The notes below the pieces were generated by a model. The model searched no databases. It saw nothing but the letters and a program-made list of their open reading frames with translations, and was not told the DNA's origin. A stretch of 32,455 nucleotides of DNA from a virus (Duplodnaviria > Heunggongvirae > Uroviricota > Caudoviricetes): positions 1 through 32,455 of the IMG/VR virus record IMGVR_UViG_2531839532_000012. One strand, 5' to 3'. Position numbers and translations under genes: made by a program. This document shows, in pieces, positions 1 through 8,241 of this stretch. Within the stretch, counting starts at the first letter, position 1; each line of letters begins with the position of its first letter.

Positions 1-84
1 ATGGCGGGTTATTTGTCCTGGTTATTCCCCCGTTGTAAAATCTCTCCTAAACTTAACGGTACGGCACCACACTTCGGGGATGAA

Positions 85-276
85 ATGTTCGCGCTGGTAC
101 TTTTTGTTTGCTACCTGGATGGCGGTTGTGAAGATATTGTTGTGGATGTCTACAACACGGAACAGCAGTGTCTTTATTCTATGAGCGATCAACGGATCCG
201 CCAGGGCGGTTGTTTTCCGATTGAGGATTTTATAGATGGTTTCTGGCGACCTGCACAGGAGTACGGTGATTTTTAA
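85..276 (+). CDS. yebW: Small conserved host protein (YebW-like, 63 aa); chromosomal flank
   Basis: ATG at 85 with GGGGA upstream, stop TAA 274-276. Translation MFALVLFVCYLDGG...AQEYGDF matches YebW from memory. Convergent with pphA. Confidence 0.55.
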   Translation: MFALVLFVCYLDGGCEDIVVDVYNTEQQCLYSMSDQRIRQGGCFPIEDFIDGFWRPAQEYGDF

Positions 277-933
277 TTATTGCAATTGCACAAGAGTCAG
301 TTCGCCCCCAAAGACAGCACCGGTATCAATATAATGCAGGTTGCCAATATCCACGCGATGTCGCAACGGTGTATGACCAAACCAGAAATGATCAGCCCCT
401 GTAATTCCCTGCCCTTTTTGGCGTTCACCTAATCGCGAGCGGCTCCACAAGACCTGATGCAAATCAACGTCCTTTTGCCATTCATAAACATCATCTGGAT
501 AATCGGCATGAGCAATAACATGCTTGCTGGTGCGACTGTGTACTTCAAGAATAAAGGGCAAATGCTGACATTTTTCCAGCGCCGTTTTCGCTTGTTTCTG
601 TTGATTATCTGCCAGCGCAATAAACCAGTCGCCGCCATTCATCAACCACAAAGACATCTGCTGGGATGCCAGCGCATCCATCGCCATCTGTTCATGATTG
701 CCTCTTACCGCACAAACCCAATGTTGTTCCAGTAACTGCAGACAACGTAAACTTTGCGGCCCACGATCGATAACGTCTCCCACTGAGATAAGTAAATCTC
801 GCCACGGATCAAAACGACAATGCCATAATTTGCGGCGCAACTGCTCAAGACAACCGTGTATATCGCCAGAAAGCCAGATATGTCGCCATTGATGACCCGC
901 AATTCTCTGATAAACGGGCGCAGGCTGTTTCAT
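277..933 (-). CDS. pphA: Serine/threonine protein phosphatase 1 (PrpA/PphA), 218 aa
   Basis: ORF MKQPAPVYQRIAGHQW...GDIHGC...GNHE carries metallophosphatase motifs. Second ATG (933) chosen, preceded by GGGAGG. Host gene of normal GC content. Confidence 0.85.
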   Translation of the reverse strand: MKQPAPVYQRIAGHQWRHIWLSGDIHGCLEQLRRKLWHCRFDPWRDLLISVGDVIDRGPQSLRCLQLLEQHWVCAVRGNHEQMAMDALASQQMSLWLMNGGDWFIALADNQQKQAKTALEKCQHLPFILEVHSRTSKHVIAHADYPDDVYEWQKDVDLHQVLWSRSRLGERQKGQGITGADHFWFGHTPLRHRVDIGNLHYIDTGAVFGGELTLVQLQ

Positions 934-1066
934 CAATATTTTCCTCCCGCGCTAAAGATCACATAATCTTAACAAGAATGTTAAAAAACGCTGGACTCAG
1001 ACAGTAGAGTGTGTGTTATGGTTGACTATAAAGTCAGCGAAGGAAATGCTTCTGGCTTTTAACAGA

Positions 1067-1094
1067 TAAAAAGAGACCGAACACGATTCCTGTT
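1067..1094 (-). ncRNA. sdsR: 3'-terminal fragment of sRNA SdsR (RyeB): loop, 3' stem and U-tail only; body replaced by prophage DNA
   Basis: Plus strand aaaaagagaccgaacacgattcctg is the reverse complement of the recalled SdsR 3' end (CAGGAAUCGUAUUCGGUCUCUUUUU) with one mismatch. Similarity is lost immediately beyond it. Confidence 0.4.
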
Positions 1095-1397
1095 TTCGCC
1101 AACAAATAACAAAATCTTTTAGAATTAATGTGTTAAATAAATTCATGCTCATCTTTTAATCCCTAACACATACCATTACATATTAATACATTCAATTAGT
1201 TACCATTTTTTTCGAGTTTTTTAGAGAAATTTTCGGGAATATTTCAGGTCAATCCATGCATACACAAGCAATTCCTGTATTGAATAATTCCGTAGCAATT
1301 ATGTAAAATCATCTCCGGCTGATTTTCATTCAAACTCGCGCTATCGAACGTCCATCAGCCAGCCGTGGCACGTTCTTGCATACGACATGCTACGGTT

Positions 1398-1952
1398 TCA
1401 TTTATCTCCCACCGGAAACCTCTTATACAAAGTCGATATGCCAACATCATAGATGATCGCTACCTTCAGGCGAGGAACTCCTGATGCAATTAATCGTCCG
1501 GCCTGTGCCCATTGTTCTGGTGTAAGTTTGGGACGACGTCCACCAATTCGTCCCTGTGCGCGAGCAGCTTCCAGTCCAGCTTTTGTTCGTTCAACAATCA
1601 GTTCTCGTTCCATTTCAGCCAGGGCCCCCATCACATGAAAGAAAAAACGCCCCATCGGTGTGCTGGTATCAATAGCATCCGTCAGGCTGCGAAAATTAAC
1701 GCCACGTTCGCGCAACTCCTCAACCAGAATGACCAGATGCCGCATACTACGCCCCAGCCGATCCAGCTTCCAGACAACCAGAGTGCCCCCTGCCGATAAT
1801 GTCCTGAGCAGTTTTTTCAGTCCCGGCCTTTCGGACTTTGTACCGCTTATCTTGTCTTCAAAAATCAGCTCGCATCCTGCACAGTTCAACGCATTACGTT
1901 GTAGATCGGTATTCTGGTCATTTGTTGATACGCGTACATAGCCAATAAGCAT
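1398..1952 (-). CDS. pin: Serine-recombinase DNA invertase (Pin/Gin/Hin/Cin family), 184 aa
   Basis: N-terminus MLIGYVRVSTNDQNTDLQRNAL with catalytic Ser, and C-terminal HTH (GRPPKLT...STLYK). ATG 1952 preceded by GGGAG. The track ORF's 12 extra N-terminal codons were rejected. Confidence 0.9.
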   Translation of the reverse strand: MLIGYVRVSTNDQNTDLQRNALNCAGCELIFEDKISGTKSERPGLKKLLRTLSAGGTLVVWKLDRLGRSMRHLVILVEELRERGVNFRSLTDAIDTSTPMGRFFFHVMGALAEMERELIVERTKAGLEAARAQGRIGGRRPKLTPEQWAQAGRLIASGVPRLKVAIIYDVGISTLYKRFPVGDK

Positions 1953-1978
1953 GGTAGATCTCCCTGACAAAAGCAGGA

Positions 1979-2371
1979 ATGATGCCATTTGCTCGTTATT
2001 TCTGCATTTTCATAAACGTTGGTTTGGGAGAAGCGGCTAAAAGGAATGTAGGGACAGGGGCGAATCAGATACCTGATATGGGTAGCTTCACGCTTTCTGT
2101 TTCAGGTACTGGATATCAAAAATTACCATCAGGTTTTATTCTTCAGTGGGGCTCAATCGGCGCACCAGGCATTGCACAGGATGTAGTAACCCATTTCCCG
2201 ATTGCATTTCCAAACAGATGTCTGCGTGTTTTGGTCTCACAAGACTACACACCAGATAGCGGGGATGTTGGTTATATTGCCTGTGCAGGTTTTAGTCCCG
2301 ACCCGGTTAAATTTATATCCAGAGCCAGTACTCCTGGCCTCGGCGCTTCATTTTTAGCGTTAGGCTGTTAA
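1979..2371 (+). pseudogene. Orphan alternative tail-fibre C-terminal segment (Sv'-like); no own start codon
   Basis: Open frame ...[24 protein letters not shown]... typical of tail-fibre variable parts. It starts inside the crossover site, on the strand opposite the active tail-fibre gene and facing away from pin. Confidence 0.5.
2007..2032. other. Hin/Gin/Pin-type recombination (crossover) site: TTTTCATAAACG-TT-GGTTTGGGAGAA
   Basis: 26-bp imperfect palindrome with AAAC/GGTTT cores around a central TT, 55 bp from the pin start. It lies at the 5' end of the orphan tail-fibre segment, as gix/hix sites do. Confidence 0.5.
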
Positions 2372-2392
2372 TTTAGCTATATGGAGTTAAAA

Positions 2393-2614
2393 ATGAATTA
2401 CATATATTCCGCGACTACAAACTCTTTCTATCCGCTGGAGATGAAAGAGGATTACACTCAAGCTGACTCATGGCCAGATGATGCTGTTGAAGTGCAACTG
2501 GCACATGCCAACGGCGGATCTGTGCGTGGGATTTACAACCATGCTCAGTATCTTGATAAACGCAGAGAAATGATGCAGTGGTGGGCGGATTGGCTTGATG
2601 AAAAGGTGGAGTGA
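2393..2614 (+). CDS. Tail-fibre assembly (Tfa)-like protein, probably truncated (73 aa)
   Basis: GGAG then ATG 2393. N-terminus MNYIYSATTNSFYPLEMKEDY...DDAVEV resembles Tfa N-termini, but the protein ends after 73 aa where the AT-rich island begins. Confidence 0.4.
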   Translation: MNYIYSATTNSFYPLEMKEDYTQADSWPDDAVEVQLAHANGGSVRGIYNHAQYLDKRREMMQWWADWLDEKVE

Positions 2615-3003
2615 TCCACCTTAACCACTATCGAATAGAACAAAGCCTTGCAATCCAGTGCAAAGCTTTGTGTGTATGAGTTTTTTCTCACATCACCAGG
2701 CAATCATCAAACTCCGTATTCCTGGCGTCATTAATTATGTAAGTGATCACCACGAATATAGCCAGTGCAGAACTGTAACCATCATCATCTTCTGGCAGCG
2801 CTTCCCTTCTCCCGTTATCCAGATTAACCGGGTGGTGCTGAGGATGAGTCCGATATCGCTTGATCCTGAATTCCACATCTATAGCAAAGCGGAAGGATGT
2901 CTCAATGTCGTGGACACACAGTGTTACAGCCACAAATCTATAGCCTAAGAAAGGTTTATTTTGTAATTAAAGAAGATTTTAAAAACCAGATTACTCATTC
3001 ATA

Positions 3004-3032
3004 TAGACACCAATCCCCTACAGTCATAAAAT
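3004..3032 (+). promoter_or_regulatory. Candidate sigma70 promoter for the acyltransferase (TAGACA-N17-TAAAAT)
   Basis: Hexamers read directly in AT-rich DNA about 45 bp upstream of the ATG at 3075. Unverified. Confidence 0.3.
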
Positions 3033-3074
3033 GCCTCTTTTGAATTGCTTTATCTTCATAACAAGAGGTTATTG

Positions 3075-4150
3075 ATGCTTCGCCACTTAACAGGACTCAG
3101 ATTTATAGCTGCATTAATGGTTTATTTATGCCATTTAAATACAGACTATTTTGGTGTTTTTGTAAAAGAAATGTTTTCCCAGGGATTTATTGGCGTTTCC
3201 TTTTTCTTTATTTTATCTGGCTTCATTCTTTCATATTCATATGAAGACAAGCTAAAAAATGAAGTAACAAGTAAAAGACAGTTTATTCTTTTAAGATTGG
3301 CAAGAATTGTTCCAATGCATCTATTATTAGCCATGCCATTTATTTTACTAACCATTCACTTAAAGAACTTTGATTTTTCAAAAACCTTAACAAATATTTT
3401 ATTAATGCAAAGTTGGATACCAAAGGAGGATTACTACTTCTCATTAAATGGTGTATCATGGTCTTTGTCTGATGAGCTGTTTTTTTATTTAATGTTTATT
3501 CCGTTGATTTATACATCAATTACAAAGAAAGTAATCACTGCAATATCAATTATAACTCTACTATTAACTATATATTTTTTAAAAATTATACAAACAGAAG
3601 AACTTAATCACTGGTTATATTATATATTCCCAGTAAGCCGCTTGGTAGAATTTATTTGCGGCATGATTATTTACGCTTGCTGGAAAAACAGCCGACAGCA
3701 GACAGTCGACAGTCGACAGTCGACAGTCGACAGTCGACAGTCGACAGTCGACAGTCGACAGTCGACAGCCTTTTGTTTTTAATTTCACTATTACCTCTGC
3801 TAATAGCTATATATTATAGCAACAACATAAATAATAGTCTACGTTATTCGTTATATTATTTACTCCCCATGGTAATATTCTTTACTTCATGCATCTATCT
3901 AAGAAATGGAGTCATTCATACTATCCTCAGTTCAAAAACCCTAGAGCTATTAGGGAAATCATCATTTATTTTTTATTTAATTCATCAACCCATTATATTA
4001 TTTTGCTTTAAAATCTTTGGACATAACCCCGGACCACTCTATTTAATAGCGCTCCTTGTTATAATAACCATAGTCTCAATCATACTTTATAAATTAGTTG
4101 AGGAGCCTTTAGAGCTGATGCTAAGAAAACGAATTTTAGCAGTAAAATAA
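3075..4150 (+). pseudogene. Acyltransferase-3 family membrane protein (O-acetyltransferase-like), split by frameshift at a heptamer repeat
   Basis: AAGAGG then ATG 3075. N-terminus MLRHLTGLRFIAALMVYLCHL fits acyltransferase_3 proteins and the product is multi-pass hydrophobic. Frame 1 stops at 3782; a second frame continues from the repeat to 4150. Low GC. Confidence 0.7.
3701..3763. repeat. Perfect tandem heptanucleotide repeat (GACAGTC) x9, with degenerate copies at 3694-3700 and 3764-3770
   Basis: Counted directly in the sequence. The unit contains a SalI site (GTCGAC). It sits inside the acyltransferase coding region. Confidence 0.95.
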
Positions 4151-4152
4151 AT

Positions 4153-4178
4153 AAAACCGCGCTATTGCGCGGTTTTAT
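4153..4178. terminator. Bidirectional rho-independent terminator (AAAACCGCGC-tatt-GCGCGGTTTT)
   Basis: Perfect GC-rich hairpin flanked by A-run and T-run, between the convergent acyltransferase gene and the tail-fibre operon. Confidence 0.55.
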
Positions 4179-4341
4179 CTTCAGGCTTGATGAATTTTTT
4201 ACCGTCATATGACCAGCCAATACCAACATCTCCAACACATTTAACTATATCCGCTTTTTCTGGCTTAAACTCTGACTTACCACCCCATACAACAAGATTT
4301 GTAACGACACCATTTTGTACGACTGCATAAATATCGCTCAT
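4162..4341 (-). CDS. Small protein (59 aa) translationally coupled to the tail-fibre gene; possible fibre chaperone
   Basis: ATG overlaps the tail-fibre TAA stop (TAATG). MSDIYAVVQNGVVTNLVVWGG.... Function not recognised. Confidence 0.45.
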   Translation of the reverse strand: MSDIYAVVQNGVVTNLVVWGGKSEFKPEKADIVKCVGDVGIGWSYDGKKFIKPEDKTAQ

Positions 4342-5489
4342 TACTGATACTCCCACACAAGAATATATCCATGATTTCCATTATTTCCTGTCGCTGGGCC
4401 TGATGACGCCTTATTGTATTTCCCTGTCCCGCCAATACCGTATGTCCCAAGCATAGTAGTGGTTATACTTTCAACGCCAATCGCCTGATCATCACCAAAT
4501 CCAAGTGCCCCACATAAATTTGATCGTGAAACTGAATGGAACAGAATCCCTTGCCCTGTAGGAATTGGTGCTTCTGTTGCACTTCCCCCTGAAAATGGAG
4601 GTACCTGCTGAACTTGAGTTGATCCCCTTCCTCCCGGGCATACAAGCAAATCACCAAAGCTTGTATTCCCGCCGTCCCCTCCAGAGCCTCCTGGTCCTGT
4701 TCCTGCTACACCACCGCTTCCAATAGTTACTTGCACGGATTCAGGTATAGACTGATAAAAAAATGCTTTAGCATATGCCCCGTTGGAACCGGCAGCACTT
4801 ACACCACAGTTATTTGAGGCTGTTGCTGATAAATTGCCACTGGCACCACCACCGCCAACGGCTTCCACTATAATTTTCGTTACACCAGGTGATTTGTGAT
4901 AAGTCCCAGATGATCCAAATACCTGAACCCCCAAAAGCCTTCCTGTTCCATCACCAAGTGTTAAATATTGTAGAGTTTCCGATACGTTTTTTTTACTTAA
5001 AATTTCCCTACCATTTCGAGTCAGCGCTGTCATATCCATTGTTCCAGCACCTGTAAAAAATGCCAGCCCATCCGGTATTCCTGTTAAGCTCGACAATGAT
5101 GTCAGATTATCATTTTTATCCTGTTTATCATTCAGAATGTCTGTCATTCCCAGGTTTTCGAGAGCCGTTTGCACAGTGCCATCCGATTTGATATCACCAA
5201 ACGGATTCTTGCGGCTCAGGTATTCAACAGCAAACCCCGATCCCAGCAATTCAACAAAACCGGGCAGATCACCATTATCAAGCACATCCCGTTGCGTTTT
5301 GTCACTTACAAACTGGGCCAGAGCTGCAGCAATAAAGCTGGCCTGCCGAATAACCTTATTGACTTGCGCACTGGATGCTTTCCCTGCTGTAAATCCGGAT
5401 AAAAGCGCAGGCAACGCTTCCCATTCCTCCTGCGACATAACATTGGCATTCCGATCCGTTGCAAACGCTTTAAAGTCATTTTTCGCCAT
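4341..5489 (-). CDS. Phage tail-fibre protein (382 aa from ATG 5489; alternative ATG at 5507)
   Basis: Central motif TALTRNGREILSKKNVSETLQYL resembles the conserved region of lambda Stf and P2 H fibres. Gly-rich C-terminal tip. GC content drops 3' of about 5150. Confidence 0.65.
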   Translation of the reverse strand: MAKNDFKAFATDRNANVMSQEEWEALPALLSGFTAGKASSAQVNKVIRQASFIAAALAQFVSDKTQRDVLDNGDLPGFVELLGSGFAVEYLSRKNPFGDIKSDGTVQTALENLGMTDILNDKQDKNDNLTSLSSLTGIPDGLAFFTGAGTMDMTALTRNGREILSKKNVSETLQYLTLGDGTGRLLGVQVFGSSGTYHKSPGVTKIIVEAVGGGGASGNLSATASNNCGVSAAGSNGAYAKAFFYQSIPESVQVTIGSGGVAGTGPGGSGGDGGNTSFGDLLVCPGGRGSTQVQQVPPFSGGSATEAPIPTGQGILFHSVSRSNLCGALGFGDDQAIGVESITTTMLGTYGIGGTGKYNKASSGPATGNNGNHGYILVWEYQ

Positions 5490-5628
5490 CAGAGTAATAC
5501 TCCCCATGCCCCTACATCAAAACCACTGATGAATTCGTTATCCATATCAAAACCAAAAAATTTTGAACCTTCCGATGGAGTTTCCACCGAAGGTGTTTCA
5601 ATGCCACCCGCCCATACCCCGGCGGCTT

Positions 5629-6000
5629 TTACTGTGAGATAATGGTCATGTAACGCCTGACGCCATTAACGGCCAGCGTTCCGGCACGGTTGAGTGCACT
5701 TTCTGCTCCCGCAGCATTACCATCAAGTGCAGCCTGCGCCGCGGCTTTAAGCTGCGGCACCGTCTGCTCTTCTGCCGATTTAACGCCGGGGACCAGGTGA
5801 GGTCGTGGCGGGATGTTCTGCTCTGGTGAGCCGTATTCGTTGAGGTAACCGATGCCCGCATTACCAAACGGAACATCATCCCGTTCGCTGTCTTCCGAAG
5901 GGATGCCGACCAGCACATCTTTTTTGGTTAACGACCTGAGCGCATCCAGAATGGCCTTAGCGTTATCCACCCTCGTTGTTACACCGCTTTTGAAACTCAT
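5629..6000 (-). CDS. Hypothetical phage structural-module protein (123 aa)
   Basis: ATG overlaps the upstream stop (ATGA). Lies in the head gene cluster. Family not recognised. Confidence 0.5.
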   Translation of the reverse strand: MSFKSGVTTRVDNAKAILDALRSLTKKDVLVGIPSEDSERDDVPFGNAGIGYLNEYGSPEQNIPPRPHLVPGVKSAEEQTVPQLKAAAQAALDGNAAGAESALNRAGTLAVNGVRRYMTIISQ

Positions 6001-6404
6001 AGCTGGCGACCGCCTGCACCGAACATCGTGATCAACTGATAAAATTCAGCGCCATATCGGGTGTTATTCCAGAAACCTGCATCAGGATTCAGCGTCGCGC
6101 TGGTGTCATAGCTGACGCTTACCTTATCCACGGACTTTGAGGACTGAACACCATTGGTTGAACCGCCCGGACCCCCAGCCAGCATCGCTCTGCTGTCAGC
6201 CGCCCAGAGCGTCATGTAGTGAGCAACGAACAACCCGGCAAAGTACGGAAACAACTTTTTGCCGGTGACATTTTCGCTCAGCAGTTCATCGGCCAGATTC
6301 AGACGGAACCCGATTTGGGCGTCGGGATATTTTGCCGGGTCAGCAAACTGCGGGAAGTCGCGGCGAAAATCACTTACCGCTGGCAGACTTTGATTCTTTG
6401 ACAT
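5997..6404 (-). CDS. Phage protein, DUF4054-like (135 aa)
   Basis: Start [13 protein letters not shown] chosen by context. Overlaps the upstream gene by 35 nt. Family assignment from memory only. Confidence 0.45.
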   Translation of the reverse strand: MSKNQSLPAVSDFRRDFPQFADPAKYPDAQIGFRLNLADELLSENVTGKKLFPYFAGLFVAHYMTLWAADSRAMLAGGPGGSTNGVQSSKSVDKVSVSYDTSATLNPDAGFWNNTRYGAEFYQLITMFGAGGRQL

Positions 6405-6738
6405 CTTTAGCCCCATTACCGCCAGTCCGGGCGGCAGTAATCTGCGCCTGCAGGCTGTCGTTCTGCTCCTGCAGTTTGAGCAATGCATCTTTAAGATCGG
6501 CAATCAGCTTATCTTTGTCGGCAATCTGCGCTTGCAGGCCGTCGATAATGGGTTGCAGATCATCGGTGTCGCTAATCACGCTTTCGGAAAGCTCAGAGTG
6601 CGCCTGGGTGAACCAGTGCGACGCGACCTCTTCCGGTACGTTATGCCGTCCCCGGCCAAACTCCTGTTTTGACTGATCGCCGAGCGTCAGCGTAAACGGG
6701 GTGTGAACATGGATGGTAACCAGCTTTTCTTTCGCCAT
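6370..6738 (-). CDS. Hypothetical coiled-coil phage protein (122 aa)
   Basis: AGGAA then ATG 6738 ([12 protein letters not shown]...). The track ORF's N-terminal extension overlaps the capsid gene and was rejected. Confidence 0.55.
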   Translation of the reverse strand: MAKEKLVTIHVHTPFTLTLGDQSKQEFGRGRHNVPEEVASHWFTQAHSELSESVISDTDDLQPIIDGLQAQIADKDKLIADLKDALLKLQEQNDSLQAQITAARTGGNGAKDVKESKSASGK

Positions 6739-6752
6739 TTCAGTTTCCTTCA

Positions 6753-6768
6753 GGCCCCTTTCGGGGCC
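6753..6768 (-). other. Intercistronic GC hairpin with GNRA loop (GGCCCC-GAAA-GGGGCC) just after the capsid gene
   Basis: Perfect 6-bp all-GC stem, 10 nt after the capsid stop. No U-run follows. Confidence 0.4.
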
Positions 6769-6778
6769 ATTCTGGTTA

Positions 6779-7720
6779 TCAGATACCGTCCACATAGGAC
6801 AGAGTTTCTTTATACACTGGCTCGACTGCACCCAGCTTGCCGTAGTAAGTGACGATCTGATACAGGCCGCGATACTGCACCGGCACGCTCTGAAGCGGAA
6901 CCAGCGGGTAGCGGACGTATTTTTTATCGTTGGTGTACGCAACCATGCGATCCTTATTCCCCACACCACGGCCTTTCAGCCATTTAACCGCGCGGATATT
7001 CAGCGGAACACCGTTCTGGTGATAGCTGATGGTGTTGGTCTGAAGGTACGTCAACAGGGACTGGTTACCCGCAGATGAAACGATGATGCTGGACAACAGA
7101 GCAAACTGTTCAGGCGGGATCAGCAAATCACGCGGGACCACAGAGTAACCAGAAGCGGCCCACGCATCAGACAGCACCTGGTTAATGCTTGCGCGGATTT
7201 CGTCCGGTGTTGAGGTTGCCCACGTTTTGGCAGCGTTGTTGACAGGCACGCCGTCCAGGGTAACAAGGCCTTTCAGGTTTAATGCGGAATCGCCAACATA
7301 TACCTGTTCATCGTTATCCATCTGCCATTTCAGTTGCATCCCGTCATACTTCTGCGTATCAATCGGGCGGCCGACCTGCTGAGCAGCCTGCAATTCTATG
7401 ACCGTCCAGCCAAGTTCCATCCCCCACAGGTTCAGCGGGTTACCGGATTTGCCGGTATCCACGTTCACGCCAGCAATAGCGGTTGAGTCTTTGCCTACCC
7501 AGTTTTTGCCATTCGGATTTGCACCAGTACCCGCAGCGGCGAAGCTGGTATTCGTCCAGCTGGAAATGTCATCTGCGATAGAGACATCTTCACGCAACTG
7601 AATATCGCGGGTCCAGGTGTACCCCACCAGTGGCAGGTTCAGCGTCTGGTCGAGTCGCTCCAGCTCCCCGATGAGAAAGGCACCAGAGCTGTCAACGGTT
7701 GCCTGATCAAAAGTAATCAT
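6779..7720 (-). CDS. Major capsid protein (313 aa; DUF2184-type, assigned from memory)
   Basis: AGGAA upstream of ATG 7720. Position after scaffold and decoration-like genes, and size, typical of a major capsid protein. Confidence 0.65.
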   Translation of the reverse strand: MITFDQATVDSSGAFLIGELERLDQTLNLPLVGYTWTRDIQLREDVSIADDISSWTNTSFAAAGTGANPNGKNWVGKDSTAIAGVNVDTGKSGNPLNLWGMELGWTVIELQAAQQVGRPIDTQKYDGMQLKWQMDNDEQVYVGDSALNLKGLVTLDGVPVNNAAKTWATSTPDEIRASINQVLSDAWAASGYSVVPRDLLIPPEQFALLSSIIVSSAGNQSLLTYLQTNTISYHQNGVPLNIRAVKWLKGRGVGNKDRMVAYTNDKKYVRYPLVPLQSVPVQYRGLYQIVTYYGKLGAVEPVYKETLSYVDGI

Positions 7721-7731
7721 TCGTCTGTTCC

Positions 7732-8238
7732 TTAAATCTTCCAGGAAATTTCTGCATTGCCGTTAGCATCACCGGCACCTGTGAATTCAGCGTTGGTCAG
7801 CACCACATTTTTGCCACTGACTGACGTGGACATGAATCCACCCAGCGGCACTTTCATGGATTCATCAGTGGAGACGACAACGTATACCGGGTCGCCTTTT
7901 TTGATAGTGCTGGCATCAAAATCAGAACCGAGATTAACGGTCACGTAGCCACGCTTCATGGCGTCGCCCGGGAAGTTCTTGCCTGTTCCCACCTGGCGAA
8001 CCATGTCCGGCTGCGACGTGGTCGGATAAGGGCGCACGTAGATCCCCTTCACCTTGTCTGCGGTATCACCATCTGCCAGCGGCACGAAAAAACCGTCATC
8101 ATCGTATTTACCAGCCAGCCCATAGGCAGCGAAGGCGTTATCGGATTTAAGGACCACCGGTTCGACGGTTAAGTCCTGCGGGCGAGAGACAGCCCCGGCA
8201 ATACCAACAGGCATCCGGTACAGAAATACATTATTCAT
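7732..8238 (-). CDS. Phage head structural protein (168 aa; decoration/cement-like)
   Basis: ORF with AGGG upstream, between the scaffold and capsid genes. Confidence 0.55.
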   Translation of the reverse strand: MNNVFLYRMPVGIAGAVSRPQDLTVEPVVLKSDNAFAAYGLAGKYDDDGFFVPLADGDTADKVKGIYVRPYPTTSQPDMVRQVGTGKNFPGDAMKRGYVTVNLGSDFDASTIKKGDPVYVVVSTDESMKVPLGGFMSTSVSGKNVVLTNAEFTGAGDANGNAEISWKI

Positions 8239-8241
8239 TTT

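Noticed and set aside
429-902. Track ORFs 429..638(-), 457..735(+), 698..892(+), 705..902(-) inside or antisense to pphA
   Set aside because: They fully overlap the well-supported pphA frame, lack SD, and are typical alternative-frame artefacts.
2658-2948. Overlapping ORFs 2658..2948(+) and 2688..2933(-) between the Tfa-like fragment and the acyltransferase
   Set aside because: Both use GTG starts without SD, overlap each other completely, and have no recognisable domain. Likely non-coding island DNA or gene remnants.
3694-3770. Tandem repeat array considered as a CRISPR array
   Set aside because: Units are 7 bp, directly abutting with no spacers, and lie inside a coding sequence. This is a simple sequence repeat, not CRISPR.
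5543-5568. Intergenic sequence ATATCAAAACC-AA-AAAATTTTGAAC upstream of the tail fibre as partner recombination site
   Set aside because: Only the AAACC half is recognisable, it lacks the GGTTT half, and it is AT-rich low-complexity sequence that could match by chance.
5629-5665. Programmed -1 frameshift joining the 5629..6000 gene to the 58-codon frame ending at the fibre ATG
   Set aside because: No slippery heptamer (X XXY YYZ) in the overlap. A deletion scar or remnant is more parsimonious.
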